Shown piece after piece: positions 1 through 10,036 of a DNA stretch of 64,000 nt (positions are counted from its first letter, which is position 1; every line of letters begins with the position of its first letter). Location of the stretch: assembly GCA_963678315.1 (NCBI GenBank), contig OY782781.1, positions 960,001 to 1,024,000 on the forward strand, in the 5' to 3' direction. The notes beneath the pieces are model-generated. The model searched no databases. It was not told the origin of the DNA and worked only from the letters and a program-made list of their open reading frames with translations. Source of the DNA: Candidatus Cloacimonadales bacterium. GTDB lineage: Bacteria; Cloacimonadota; Cloacimonadia; Cloacimonadales; JAFGVF01. The position numbers were made by a program, and so were the translations under genes.

Positions 1-2
1 TT

Positions 3-1010
3 GTTTCTGGCGATAGCTATGTTTATAAAGAAGTCTTAAAATCTATTTCACAGAATAAGATTTCAAGCATTGAACTTAATAATTTTGTTCAGGATAAGAA
101 AACAAATACAAGTCCTCAGCTCTATAGGGGAGAGATTCTTTATAATTCTAATCCTGAGAGAGTATTCTATAAAGAACTTTCAGACAGTCTATATTGCTAC
201 TTCCAACTTAATGATTTAAAAAAGGCTTCTAGATCAGAGTGGTCTTATAACTATACAATCACAGTCCGTGATTCTAATGGCGAAAAGCTTTTTACAGAAG
301 ATAGACTTTCTGAGTCTAACAGTGAAATAGCTTCTATTGTGCATGGAATAGGAATCCAAAATCTCGACAATGGATTATATACAATTACTGTTGAAAATAC
401 TGAATATGCAGAAAATAATATCAGCAGAACCGATTTCTCAATATCTGATTTTGCAGGAGAAATGATTTCCATGCTGAATGACCCAGAAGAAGAGTTCTTC
501 TTAATTAAGTACTTCGGCTATGATGAAACTTCAAGAAGATGGGAAAACTTTCCTAGAAGTAGAAAGATTAAAGAGATAAATAAGTTCTGGAATATCTATT
601 CAACTAAAATGAATATGTCAGTAAATTCATTAGACGAAATTCTAAAAGAAAGAATTGAATATGCTAACCTTAAATTCTCTTCAAAAACACCTGGTTGGAA
701 GTCTGACAGAGGTAAAGTCTATATTCTATATGGCGCTCCAGATGATATAGATAAGTATCTTGTTGGTGAAATGGATGCAACAGATCAAAGTGACCTTGAT
801 TCACAAATCAATAGAGCTGCAGTCTTTAACGATAGAGAATATGAAATTTGGCGATATACTTCTAGTAGAATTGCTAGCTATACTTTCTTTGATACACGAC
901 TAGATAATAGCCACAAATTAATCTACATCTATAATGACCCAAATATGGAAACTTCGGCTGATTATAAGTTCTATCTGGGACAAGACTTTGATGAGGATGT
1001 GCTAAAGTAG
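3..1010 (+). CDS. GWxTD domain-containing protein (5' end outside window)
   Basis: Motif RIEYANLKFS..PGWKSDRGKVYILYGAPD and EIWRY. The frame is open from position 3, so the gene starts upstream of the window and not at 339. Confidence 0.85.
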   Translation, partial: VSGDSYVYKEVLKSISQNKISSIELNNFVQDKKTNTSPQLYRGEILYNSNPERVFYKELSDSLYCYFQLNDLKKASRSEWSYNYTITVRDSNGEKLFTEDRLSESNSEIASIVHGIGIQNLDNGLYTITVENTEYAENNISRTDFSISDFAGEMISMLNDPEEEFFLIKYFGYDETSRRWENFPRSRKIKEINKFWNIYSTKMNMSVNSLDEILKERIEYANLKFSSKTPGWKSDRGKVYILYGAPDDIDKYLVGEMDATDQSDLDSQINRAAVFNDREYEIWRYTSSRIASYTFFDTRLDNSHKLIYIYNDPNMETSADYKFYLGQDFDEDVLK

Positions 1011-1042
1011 TAGCATATAATTGGCAGTTGTCAATATTTTTC

Positions 1043-1136
1043 GTAGGGCGTAATGCATACGCCCATAAGTGTGGAATGTTGTCTTCGTAGGGGCGTATGG
1101 TATACTCCGACAAGGGTGCCAGCATCACACCCCTAC
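1043..1136. repeat. Cluster of three GTAG-type REP-like hairpins
   Basis: GTAGGGCGTAatgcaTACGCCC (1043-1064), GTAGGGGCGTAtggtaTACTCC (1087-1108) and an inverted copy GGGTG..CACCCCTAC (1114-1136). Confidence 0.6.
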
Positions 1137-1209
1137 TTTGGGTTTTTAAGGATAACATTAAGGTCTATATATATTATTTGTTACTCCCAAGTCTATCAAT
1201 CCTTTCTTG

Positions 1210-1243
1210 CTTCTTGCATTAAATTACGATTTAATGCAGGAGG
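1210..1243. repeat. 34-bp palindrome, copy 1 (related copy at 62621-62654)
   Basis: CTTCTTGCATTAAAT-TACG-ATTTAATGCAGGAGG; the last 14 nt are identical to copy 2. Confidence 0.7.
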
Positions 1244-1386
1244 GGCAAGGGCAATAAGGCTGTTAGGAGTTATAAATCTTAATTTTTCCACAACTATTCA
1301 CTAATAAAATCACAAACAAAAAATCAAAAAAAACTTGACCTTTCTATCTACAATTTGAATATTAAAAAAAGATTCAAGGAAGAGGT

Positions 1387-1731
1387 ATGCGAAAATTTCT
1401 AATATTTCTGTTATTTTTATCAATAACAATAAGTTTGGTTGGAAACGAATTTCAAGTAACAGCTAAAGCTAAATTAAATCTTGCCCACATGGGCTTACAA
1501 ATGCTAGATGATAGTCAGAAATATGATAACAATGGAGACTTATGTGCTTTGCTAATCGTACGTTGTGGCTTGGAAGAAATAAATTTCTCAAACACTGCTA
1601 GCAAAGTTGCCCAGATAGACAAAGAAGGTGAATACTATATCACTATGAAAAAGGGTGCTCGCTACATAGTGATGAAAAAGGCTGGCTTTGGTTCTTTTAA
1701 AGAATACTTTGAAAGCCCTCTTAAAAGTTGA
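1387..1731 (+). pseudogene. Truncated exported protein resembling the N-terminus of PEGA-domain proteins
   Basis: RBS, signal peptide and DNNGDLCALLIV motif. Ends at PLKS-TGA where a Gly (GGA) would be expected; no room for downstream domains before yraN. Confidence 0.5.
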
Positions 1732-1792
1732 ATAAGTATTTAAGCCCAAGAGTATTATGAGGGATAGGGGAAATTACTCGCTAATCTAGTAC

Positions 1793-2194
1793 TTACTGAA
1801 TATATTCATGACCAAACACAGGGTCGAAAACATCTATGTAGTGATTAATAGAATATTCATCGAAATATTTATGTTTAGTTATAGTTATAGCATCGAATCT
1901 TTTGGGGTAGATATCATATTCGGGATATGTGTTAAGAAAATTTAATGTAGCTTTTGTTATTCTTGCTCTTTTTTTATAAGTAATAGTTTCAAGAGCTTGG
2001 TCTGTATCTAGTTTGTTGCGTAGTTTTACTTCAACAATAACCAATTCATCCCTGTCTAAAGCAATTATATCAATTTCACCTTGCCGACATAGGTAATTTG
2101 TTTGCACAATTTTATAGCCTTTCTTACACAAATAGGAAGCGGCTAATTGCTCTCCAAGACTACCTAATTCAATGTTTTTTTGTTTTTTATTCAT
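1793..2194 (-). CDS. yraN: YraN family PD-(D/E)XK endonuclease-like protein
   Basis: GEQLAASYL..GY.I...N....GEIDIIA....LVIVEVK.R and RFD motifs. Confidence 0.92.
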   Translation of the reverse strand: MNKKQKNIELGSLGEQLAASYLCKKGYKIVQTNYLCRQGEIDIIALDRDELVIVEVKLRNKLDTDQALETITYKKRARITKATLNFLNTYPEYDIYPKRFDAITITKHKYFDEYSINHYIDVFDPVFGHEYIQ

Positions 2195-2211
2195 AAATTT
2201 AAAGAAAAAAC

Positions 2212-2239
2212 TTGACTAGTAGCTGTCAACGTCTAAAAT
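2212..2239 (+). promoter_or_regulatory. Candidate sigma70 promoter for the envelope operon
   Basis: TTGACT-N16-TAAAAT after an A-tract, 57 nt before the ATG at 2297, which has an AAGGAG RBS. Confidence 0.45.
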
Positions 2240-2296
2240 TAGAAAGGTATAGAAAATAAAAAAAACTAACATAAGTATACTTAATAAGGAGAGGGA

Positions 2297-3310
2297 ATGC
2301 GAAAAGTTAAGTTATTGTTTTTGATTTTAATGTTGTTATTGGTTAATGTTATAAGTGCATTACCGTTTGGAACTTTGGGTAATATAGATGTTCCTGATGG
2401 TTTTGTTAGTCCTGCAAATAGAATTCAAGTGAACTTTGCCTCATATTTAAGAGATGGTAAAGTTGATTTTAATGATGAAAATGCAGATTATGAATATAAC
2501 TATGTTATTCAAGCTCGCTATGGTTTATTTGATAGAGCTGATATTGGTTTTGTATATACTGGAGATGAAGTATTTTACGCTAATTTAAAATTCAAGTTAA
2601 TTGAAGAAAATGATGAATATCCTGGTATTTGTATTGGTGTTGATAACTTATTCTCAAAAGTTGATACTGATTATAAAAAACAATTAGAAGAACATCCAGA
2701 AGAATTGGAAGATATCCAAGATGCTGATACTTATGAAAGAAATTCTTTCTATGTTACTGCTTCTAAAGCATGGGCATTTACTGGTGTACCTGTCTTTGAT
2801 GAAATGCAAACATATGTAACATTAGGTATGGGTGTTAACCGTTTTGTAGGCCAAAGAGATTTAGCTAAAGATTTTAACGGTTTATTCGGTTCTGTTGAAT
2901 TCCGTCCAAACGATTCATATAGTTTCTTTACTGAACAATCAGGTCACGCTATAAATATTGGTGCTCGTTATTCTTGGAATAATTTTGATTTCCAATACTC
3001 AATATTAGAAATAGAAGAATTTATTAAAGAGAATGATGATAACCTCAAAATGGCTTTAAATATCAACTTTAACATTAATAACTGGGTTAAAGAAGATACT
3101 GGTAAAAGATTTGATAATCGTACAGGTGCAAGATCTGTTGGTAGAAGAACTTCTGAATTTAAGGATAGTCAATTACGTGGCCAAAGCATCTTAGATAGAA
3201 TTAATGCCTTGAAACAACAAGAACAATCTTTAGATAAAGCAAATGATGTAGATACTATTGTCGATGAAGAGGATATTGATGATTTAATCAATGAAATGAT
3301 TGAAGAATAG
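2297..3310 (+). CDS. Outer-membrane beta-barrel protein, YjbH-like, with coiled-coil/acidic C-terminal tail
   Basis: Signal peptide; N-terminal GTLGNIDVPDG like the YjbH G.TG.I..P.A motif; alternating aromatic strands (FGSVEF, NIGARY). Confidence 0.6.
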   Translation: MRKVKLLFLILMLLLVNVISALPFGTLGNIDVPDGFVSPANRIQVNFASYLRDGKVDFNDENADYEYNYVIQARYGLFDRADIGFVYTGDEVFYANLKFKLIEENDEYPGICIGVDNLFSKVDTDYKKQLEEHPEELEDIQDADTYERNSFYVTASKAWAFTGVPVFDEMQTYVTLGMGVNRFVGQRDLAKDFNGLFGSVEFRPNDSYSFFTEQSGHAINIGARYSWNNFDFQYSILEIEEFIKENDDNLKMALNINFNINNWVKEDTGKRFDNRTGARSVGRRTSEFKDSQLRGQSILDRINALKQQEQSLDKANDVDTIVDEEDIDDLINEMIEE

Positions 3311-3337
3311 ATTGTAATATAAAAATAAGTAGGAAAT

Positions 3338-6300
3338 ATGTATAATAAAAAGAAGATTATTCTTGTTCTTCTTGCAGTAGTCTCTATTATATTTTTATAT
3401 TCTCAAGATAACCAAGCTTCTGATATAAATGTTGATTCTGAACTACAACAGAAGAAAAAAATAGAAAAAGATAGAATAGAAAAAGTTAATCAGCTATTAA
3501 ATTCAAGCCAGATTGCTGAAGTAGATTCTTTATATAAAGAAGATGAAAGAATATACTTTAGTTTAATAAGAAGTGGAGATAAACAATTAGCAAATTTCTA
3601 TAAAGATATGATGAATAAAGCATATCGTAATGTTAGAGCTTTGCAAGATGATCTATATTATCTTGACTGTTTTTCATATATTCTTACTAAAAAATGGGAA
3701 TTGGCTGAAGTAAAAACTGCTGATTTTCTAAAGCAATATCCACAGAGTAATGTAACAACAAATATTTTGAAGTTTAGAAAGAAAGCTCTTTTTGAATTAG
3801 GAAGATATGAAGATTATGTTACCCTAGTTGAAGCATCATCATTAGCAACATCTGCGGGTGCAAAGTTTGAATATGCTCAAGCTTTATATAATCTTGAGCG
3901 TTATGATGCTGCTCAACAATTATTAGAAGCGGTAGTAGCTGCTGACGATGTTAAGTATAAATTACGAGCTTTAGCTACTATGGGTTTAATCTCTGCTGCT
4001 AAAGGTAAGTACCAAGAAGCTATTGGAATTTTCACCGTTATTGAACAAGAATTCCCTATAGATACAAAGTATATGGACTTTGTGATTTTATCACAAGCAC
4101 GTCTACATGCACAGATTGGTGAAAATACTTTTGCGACTGAGTATTATAGAGCATATAACGAGCTTACTCAAGGTCAAGATGCAAAAGTTTTATACGAACT
4201 GGCAGTTCTACAAAGAAAAAATGGCAATTTAGATAAGGCTAAAGCTGCGTTTGAAAAAGTTTTAACTCTAAATACAGGTAAAGCTTATTATACTCCTGCT
4301 ATATACAATTTAGTTTTAATTGATCAAGAGCTTAATAATGGGGCTCAATCCTCTAATATTATTTCTAGTTATCAAACAAGAGTTGATAATTACTTTAATT
4401 TAGTAATTCAAAATAGAAACTTAGTTAGCGAAATCCAATCACTAAGGAATAAAGCTTTAGCTGAAGCTGATACTTTACAACTTAAGAATTTAAAGGATAA
4501 GATTGCTGAAAAAAGTATCGCATTGATGGAGAATCAAGATCAGCTTGTTGCTCAAAAAGGTTATGTCTCAAATAGAGATCTTGTATTAATCAAGAGAATT
4601 GAAGAAAAGTTTATTACTCGCAACAGTATATATGTTGAAAGAAAAGAACTAAATGAGCTTATCAGAGACTTCCCTAAAGATGAATTAATCCTAAAGGCAG
4701 ATTATAATCGCGAAAAAGCTGAGATATTTAATATTGCTGAACTTGCAGAAATATTCTTATCAGATATAGAAGAGCCAACTATACAACAGGAAGATAGTGC
4801 ATTATACTTCTCGGAAGAACTATATAATTATATGGTAACTATTGCATTTTTAGAAGAAGATTTACTTGATAACACTCTCTCTAGTAATGAAAAAGCTCAA
4901 ATTAGTAATTTAGTAAAAACTAATAGTGATAGTCTTGTAACATTAAAACTTCGAGGTAAGGTAGAATTAGCTGATATCCCAAATATGGAAGAGAAGTTAG
5001 CTCAGTTCGAAACAAGAGCGGAAGAACTAATTTTCCAAGAAATGGATAAAGAAGAAAAGCGCCAAATTGTTATTGACGGGTATTATGATTTCAAGGCTAA
5101 CAAAGAAAATACTAGCTTATTGGCAAGTGTAGATAACTATGACGAAAAACGTGTAAATAAGTTTAAAAGAGCTTTTAATAAATACAATAAGCAAAAACTT
5201 AATATTGAAGAATATCTCCAATTTGTTTCATTAGAATCAGAATTCCAAAAAATTACAAAATCCTATAATGATAAATTTGCCCAAATGCAAATTGACACGA
5301 CAATTGTAATAAATCGTGAACAAGAGTATGCTATTAGGGAAAATCTATATAATAGAATAAATAGATTTATTTACCAGCATGAAGATTTTGAGAATAACTA
5401 TAAACTATATTTCAATATGGCAGAATTAAGTGCTTTCTTTGATGTTAATAATTACCAATTAAATTACAACAATTATAAAAAAGTGTTAGATCTTAAACCT
5501 GATTTTGCTCTCAAAGATGTTGTTATTTATAACTTAGCATTTAACAAACAAGCCTTGATTGATAGAGAAATAGGAAGAAAAAAAGAAGAGTTGATGAAAA
5601 GTCCAAATTACTTCACATCTGCTCTACCAAATGAGGTAAAGAAAACAGCTGAAAAATATAGCGAAGTAATCAAAAATTATTCTGAAATAGTTAAGGATAA
5701 AGATTCTACATACCGAGTAGAGGCAGTTTTCAGACTAGCAGACTTGTATTATGATTTAGCTGTTGACTCAGACGATATTCTTAAGTATATAGACAAATCA
5801 ATAACTTTGTTTACTATAGCAATGAAAATTGGTGACCAAAAACAACAATTAGAAGCATTATATCAAAGAGCTTGGCATTATATGGCCAAAAGTGAATATG
5901 ATAATGCTATGCTAGATTTAAGAGTATTGCTAGAAAACAAAGACCTATATTCTGAAGATGAAGAGTACAAATATACTTCAGCTTATGATGTTGCGGCATA
6001 TTCATTGAATCAAATTGGGATGTATAATGATACTTTAAGAACAGTTTCATCATATATGAAAGATAAACTTTTTCCAAATTTCGACAAGAACGATGCTTCA
6101 ATAATTTATAATAAAGTTCTTAACTCAAAGAAAAGTACAGACGAGTTCCTACAGGTTATTGACCTTTATAAACTCTATACAGAAGTTCATCCTTTAGATA
6201 TTGTTAACCCTACTTTCTGTGATTCTATAGTTTATGAATACCAAACTCACACACCTGAGATTGGAGGAATCGATTCCTTAAAAGCTAAAAGTAGATTGGT

Positions 6301-9300
6301 TTATCTTGAATCTGTCGAAAGATATGGTTATAATTCAGAATGGTATGATTTTAACAAAGAAGATCCTAAAATAGTTGATTACACAAAATCTGTTAAAAAA
6401 GGATATGAAGGTTATATTTTCCCTGAACTGATTAAACTTATTCAAGAAAATCCTTCTCAAGAAGATATTAGTCAGTATAATGATATGATAGAAGAATATG
6501 CTAATTATCAAGGTGTTACCATTGAGGAAAGAAATAAGTTCTTACCTCTTGTAAAAGAAAATAGTATGGCCTTAGTTAATACTTATGTTGCTAGTAAGAA
6601 CGATACATTAGCTTACGCATGGGGTCAGAATGAAATATACAAATATTTAGAAGTTAATCCTGAAGACAAGCAAAGAGATGTTCTGGAACAAAATGCTTAT
6701 TCTTACGCTGCTAAATATAGGGCTTATGTAGATACAGTAGCTTTTGATAGCTTGCAATATAGTCCACAAGATGTGGAAAATATTAAACTTAATACCAAAA
6801 GAAATTATATTTTAGCTGCTAATAGATATATTGAATATAACACTAAAAACAATATTACTCAAAAAGATGATAAAATATATAACATTTTGTATTTCAGAGG
6901 TCTTGCTAAAGTTGATATTGGAGATATTGAGGGAGCTAGAAATGATTTTCTTAAATGTGATAGCTTAAATATCTCAAATGAAGATAAAAAGAATATTTAT
7001 ACTCAGTTGGCTTTAATATACAAAGATAGAGATGAAATAGATACATCTAATGATTATTTTGCTAGAGCATCTAGATATGCTTCTCTTGAAGAGAAAGAAG
7101 AATATGAAAAAGCAATCTATTCTAATAGAAAAGAAAAAGTTAAGCTTCTAGAAGAAAAGGGTGATCAAGTTGCTGCAGCGAAAGAGTTAGAAATTATGGC
7201 TAATTCAAGTGTTGCTACAGAAGAAGATAAATCCCTAATCAAGCAGGCTGCTAGATCAAAATATCTTGAGGCTGGTGATTATGAAACAGCCATTACCAGA
7301 TTAGTCGAAGAATTTAACAAACAAAATGAAGTAGATGGTGCTTGGGAATATATGGGACAAGCTATTTATATAGCCGACTCTCTTAAGGTTATGGACAAAA
7401 AAATAGAACTTGAAGATATGTTTATCTCTAAGTTCCCATACGATTTACAAACATTTGTTTTCAAACAAAATAGAATCAATGAAGTAAAAGAGGAAGGATC
7501 TACAAAATATAACCCTGATTTAGTGGCTTCAAGATACATGGAACTATATGATCTTGCTACTAAGGATGGTGATAAATTAGATATAGGGGAAAATAAAGCC
7601 CTTGATTTCTATTATTTCTCAATTTCTTATAAAGTCAAGTCTATGTCTGATGAAGATAAGGCTGAAGAATGGCTTAGATTCATTGATAGATTCCCTAACT
7701 ACACCTACACAACATCAACTGGTGCTCTTGTAAATAGTATTGCAATACAAAGTTTAGTATGCAAATTATACAAAGATAGTGGGAATACTGAGAAATATAT
7801 TGAAAATGCGAAGAAGCTATTTGAAATGGACCCTACATCAATTCTATATCTTCAATATGCTGCTGAGCAAATTCAAAAAGTTGATACTGATATCAGAAAG
7901 CTATATAGAAAAAGAGATTGGCAGCCAATGCTAGCTAAGATTGAAGAGTTTAACACTCTTTCTGACAAGTTCATTAATGAAGGTATCAAAGCAGATGATT
8001 TAACTATCAGTCAATTAGATGATGCTTATAATGGATTTGAAACTGACTACAGGAATGAACAGAAGAAAAAAGCTCTATTAGCTGAAATAGAAAGTAATTA
8101 TGAAGAATTTTTAACCTTTACAGATGTTGATTTTAATGAAAGAGTTAGAGTGTCAAATTTAACTACTTGGAATAGGCATCTTTATAAAGGAGAGAAGCGG
8201 ATTCCAACGTTTATTGAGCTTGTTGATTCTGAAATTGCCAAGATTACTGACGAAGTTTCTAAAATCGCTCAATCAGAACTATTAGATCCAGCTGAAAAGA
8301 AAGAAGCATTTTATAAATATTTCTATAACATATTTAATATTGAAAAATATGCATCTGAATTAATTAAAGCACAAGTCAATAAGTATGTCAACTTACCAGA
8401 AGGTCAGTTTAAGAAATATCAATTGAAGCTGGCTACAGACCCAACTACTACAATTGAAGAAAAAAGACAAAAGATCTTTGATTATCAGCAGAGTATAATT
8501 CCTTATGGTGACCAACTTTCATCTACATATTTTAGCAGATCTGTAGAAGATGCTAGATCAATATATACTAAATTTATTGATGGTTTTAGCTCAAAGTATC
8601 CAAAATCGGATGATATTGTTGATTACTTAGCTTCATTGAATGCTTATGAAGTTCAACCAAAGGAAATTGAAAGTTTGCTTCCAGATAGTTCATGGAGAAA
8701 AGACTATTCTGCTATAACTGAATCTACTTATAATGATTCTCTTAGAACATTTGCTGTTTATGGCATTGCTTCAATGGATACTTTAGTTGTTGAAAATGAT
8801 ATAAATTGTCCTATAGCTCCACTATTTGTGAGATATAGAATAATTACAGATGATGTTGATTTGATGGGGCAAAATATTGCAGATTTCCAAATATTTATTA
8901 ATGATAATCTTATCCAGTTTAATGAACCAGAATATGATGGTTTTATTGAAGATACCTTAGCTACTGTCCAATACTTAGACAGGTATTTAATTAATCATGC
9001 TAATATCAATCCTCAAAGCTATAGACCTGGCATCAATAAGATGAAAATAAAAGTACTAAATAGTAAAATGAGTAGTTTTAATGTTGGACTCCAGATGGAA
9101 GTAGTATATAACGAAGAAGAATTATTTATATATAATAACTCTCAATTAGTATCAATAGTTTCTGATGAAAGTTGGGTAGTATCAGATTCTGTATCTGCTT
9201 TAAACCCTGGATCAAATCTTTTTGAGAATGCTCAAGTAAGTAACTTTGAAGAGGATTATTACCAAATAGCATCCTTTAGTTCTTCAGTAGCTTTACCTAT

Positions 9301-9757
9301 TTGGAGTGCTAAGAAGATTGAAGAAGCTGCTTTAGATACACTATATGTTGTAAATGATTCTCTTAATGTCATGGCTGATTCACTTGTAGTTAATGTTGTT
9401 TCGGATTCTTTAATTGCACAAACTGATAGTCTGCAAGCAGATGAGACTGAGGACTTAACAGAAGAAGAAAAAACTTATGTAAAGATTTTCAAGAAAGAAT
9501 TTGATTTAACTGGTGAAGTTATTGAAGCAAATCTTTACTTCTTAGCTAAAAACATAGCTGACATTTATTTGAACGGTGAGCAGATTGGTTTTGAAGAATA
9601 CTATTATTGGGATGAAAACGAAGCTCCGTCTGTCTACATAGATCCAGCTCAACTTCTCGAAGGCAAAAATGAATTAATCTTTATTGTATATAGTCCTACT
9701 AAAGATAATGGGTTAGTTGTAGACTTCAAAATCAAAACAATAACTAATAGGAGATAA
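3338..9757 (+). CDS. Giant exported TPR protein (2139 aa) with C-terminal galactose-binding-like jelly-roll domain(s)
   Basis: Signal peptide; many TPR patterns (AQALYNLERYDAA, LYELAVLQRKNGNLDKAKAAFEKVL, ALYQRAWHY); C-terminal FKKEF...ADIYLNGEQIG...LLEGKNELIFIV. Confidence 0.8.
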   Translation: MYNKKKIILVLLAVVSIIFLYSQDNQASDINVDSELQQKKKIEKDRIEKVNQLLNSSQIAEVDSLYKEDERIYFSLIRSGDKQLANFYKDMMNKAYRNVRALQDDLYYLDCFSYILTKKWELAEVKTADFLKQYPQSNVTTNILKFRKKALFELGRYEDYVTLVEASSLATSAGAKFEYAQALYNLERYDAAQQLLEAVVAADDVKYKLRALATMGLISAAKGKYQEAIGIFTVIEQEFPIDTKYMDFVILSQARLHAQIGENTFATEYYRAYNELTQGQDAKVLYELAVLQRKNGNLDKAKAAFEKVLTLNTGKAYYTPAIYNLVLIDQELNNGAQSSNIISSYQTRVDNYFNLVIQNRNLVSEIQSLRNKALAEADTLQLKNLKDKIAEKSIALMENQDQLVAQKGYVSNRDLVLIKRIEEKFITRNSIYVERKELNELIRDFPKDELILKADYNREKAEIFNIAELAEIFLSDIEEPTIQQEDSALYFSEELYNYMVTIAFLEEDLLDNTLSSNEKAQISNLVKTNSDSLVTLKLRGKVELADIPNMEEKLAQFETRAEELIFQEMDKEEKRQIVIDGYYDFKANKENTSLLASVDNYDEKRVNKFKRAFNKYNKQKLNIEEYLQFVSLESEFQKITKSYNDKFAQMQIDTTIVINREQEYAIRENLYNRINRFIYQHEDFENNYKLYFNMAELSAFFDVNNYQLNYNNYKKVLDLKPDFALKDVVIYNLAFNKQALIDREIGRKKEELMKSPNYFTSALPNEVKKTAEKYSEVIKNYSEIVKDKDSTYRVEAVFRLADLYYDLAVDSDDILKYIDKSITLFTIAMKIGDQKQQLEALYQRAWHYMAKSEYDNAMLDLRVLLENKDLYSEDEEYKYTSAYDVAAYSLNQIGMYNDTLRTVSSYMKDKLFPNFDKNDASIIYNKVLNSKKSTDEFLQVIDLYKLYTEVHPLDIVNPTFCDSIVYEYQTHTPEIGGIDSLKAKSRLVYLESVERYGYNSEWYDFNKEDPKIVDYTKSVKKGYEGYIFPELIKLIQENPSQEDISQYNDMIEEYANYQGVTIEERNKFLPLVKENSMALVNTYVASKNDTLAYAWGQNEIYKYLEVNPEDKQRDVLEQNAYSYAAKYRAYVDTVAFDSLQYSPQDVENIKLNTKRNYILAANRYIEYNTKNNITQKDDKIYNILYFRGLAKVDIGDIEGARNDFLKCDSLNISNEDKKNIYTQLALIYKDRDEIDTSNDYFARASRYASLEEKEEYEKAIYSNRKEKVKLLEEKGDQVAAAKELEIMANSSVATEEDKSLIKQAARSKYLEAGDYETAITRLVEEFNKQNEVDGAWEYMGQAIYIADSLKVMDKKIELEDMFISKFPYDLQTFVFKQNRINEVKEEGSTKYNPDLVASRYMELYDLATKDGDKLDIGENKALDFYYFSISYKVKSMSDEDKAEEWLRFIDRFPNYTYTTSTGALVNSIAIQSLVCKLYKDSGNTEKYIENAKKLFEMDPTSILYLQYAAEQIQKVDTDIRKLYRKRDWQPMLAKIEEFNTLSDKFINEGIKADDLTISQLDDAYNGFETDYRNEQKKKALLAEIESNYEEFLTFTDVDFNERVRVSNLTTWNRHLYKGEKRIPTFIELVDSEIAKITDEVSKIAQSELLDPAEKKEAFYKYFYNIFNIEKYASELIKAQVNKYVNLPEGQFKKYQLKLATDPTTTIEEKRQKIFDYQQSIIPYGDQLSSTYFSRSVEDARSIYTKFIDGFSSKYPKSDDIVDYLASLNAYEVQPKEIESLLPDSSWRKDYSAITESTYNDSLRTFAVYGIASMDTLVVENDINCPIAPLFVRYRIITDDVDLMGQNIADFQIFINDNLIQFNEPEYDGFIEDTLATVQYLDRYLINHANINPQSYRPGINKMKIKVLNSKMSSFNVGLQMEVVYNEEELFIYNNSQLVSIVSDESWVVSDSVSALNPGSNLFENAQVSNFEEDYYQIASFSSSVALPIWSAKKIEEAALDTLYVVNDSLNVMADSLVVNVVSDSLIAQTDSLQADETEDLTEEEKTYVKIFKKEFDLTGEVIEANLYFLAKNIADIYLNGEQIGFEEYYYWDENEAPSVYIDPAQLLEGKNELIFIVYSPTKDNGLVVDFKIKTITNRR

Positions 9758-9758
9758 T

Positions 9759-10022
9759 ATGAAAAAGTCAATTTTAATCTTACTTTTATTAACTATCTTA
9801 GCTATTTCATTTCTTAATGCACAGACAACAGACAATGATAATGAAGGAAATACTAATGATGGAAGATATATTGTACAGACATCTGATGATGATATAATTA
9901 GATTTGGATTATTTTTCCCTGACAACGATATTGTTAGAGATAGAACACTTACCAAAGATGAATACATTTTCAAAACATACTTTTTAGATAAATTATTGAA
10001 ATCAAATAGAATTTTATATTAA
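9759..10022 (+). CDS. Small exported protein (positional analogue of GltF)
   Basis: GGAG RBS, signal peptide, starts 1 nt after the TPR gene stop. Confidence 0.65.
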   Translation: MKKSILILLLLTILAISFLNAQTTDNDNEGNTNDGRYIVQTSDDDIIRFGLFFPDNDIVRDRTLTKDEYIFKTYFLDKLLKSNRILY

Positions 10023-10036
10023 TATTAGGAGAAAAC

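Noticed and set aside
874..1304. Short ORFs over the REP-like region
   Set aside because: They overlap the GWxTD gene or palindromic repeats and show no RBS or motif.
1729..1731. TGA recoding (alternative genetic code or selenocysteine)
   Set aside because: Another stop follows within four codons, and all long genes translate normally with code 11.
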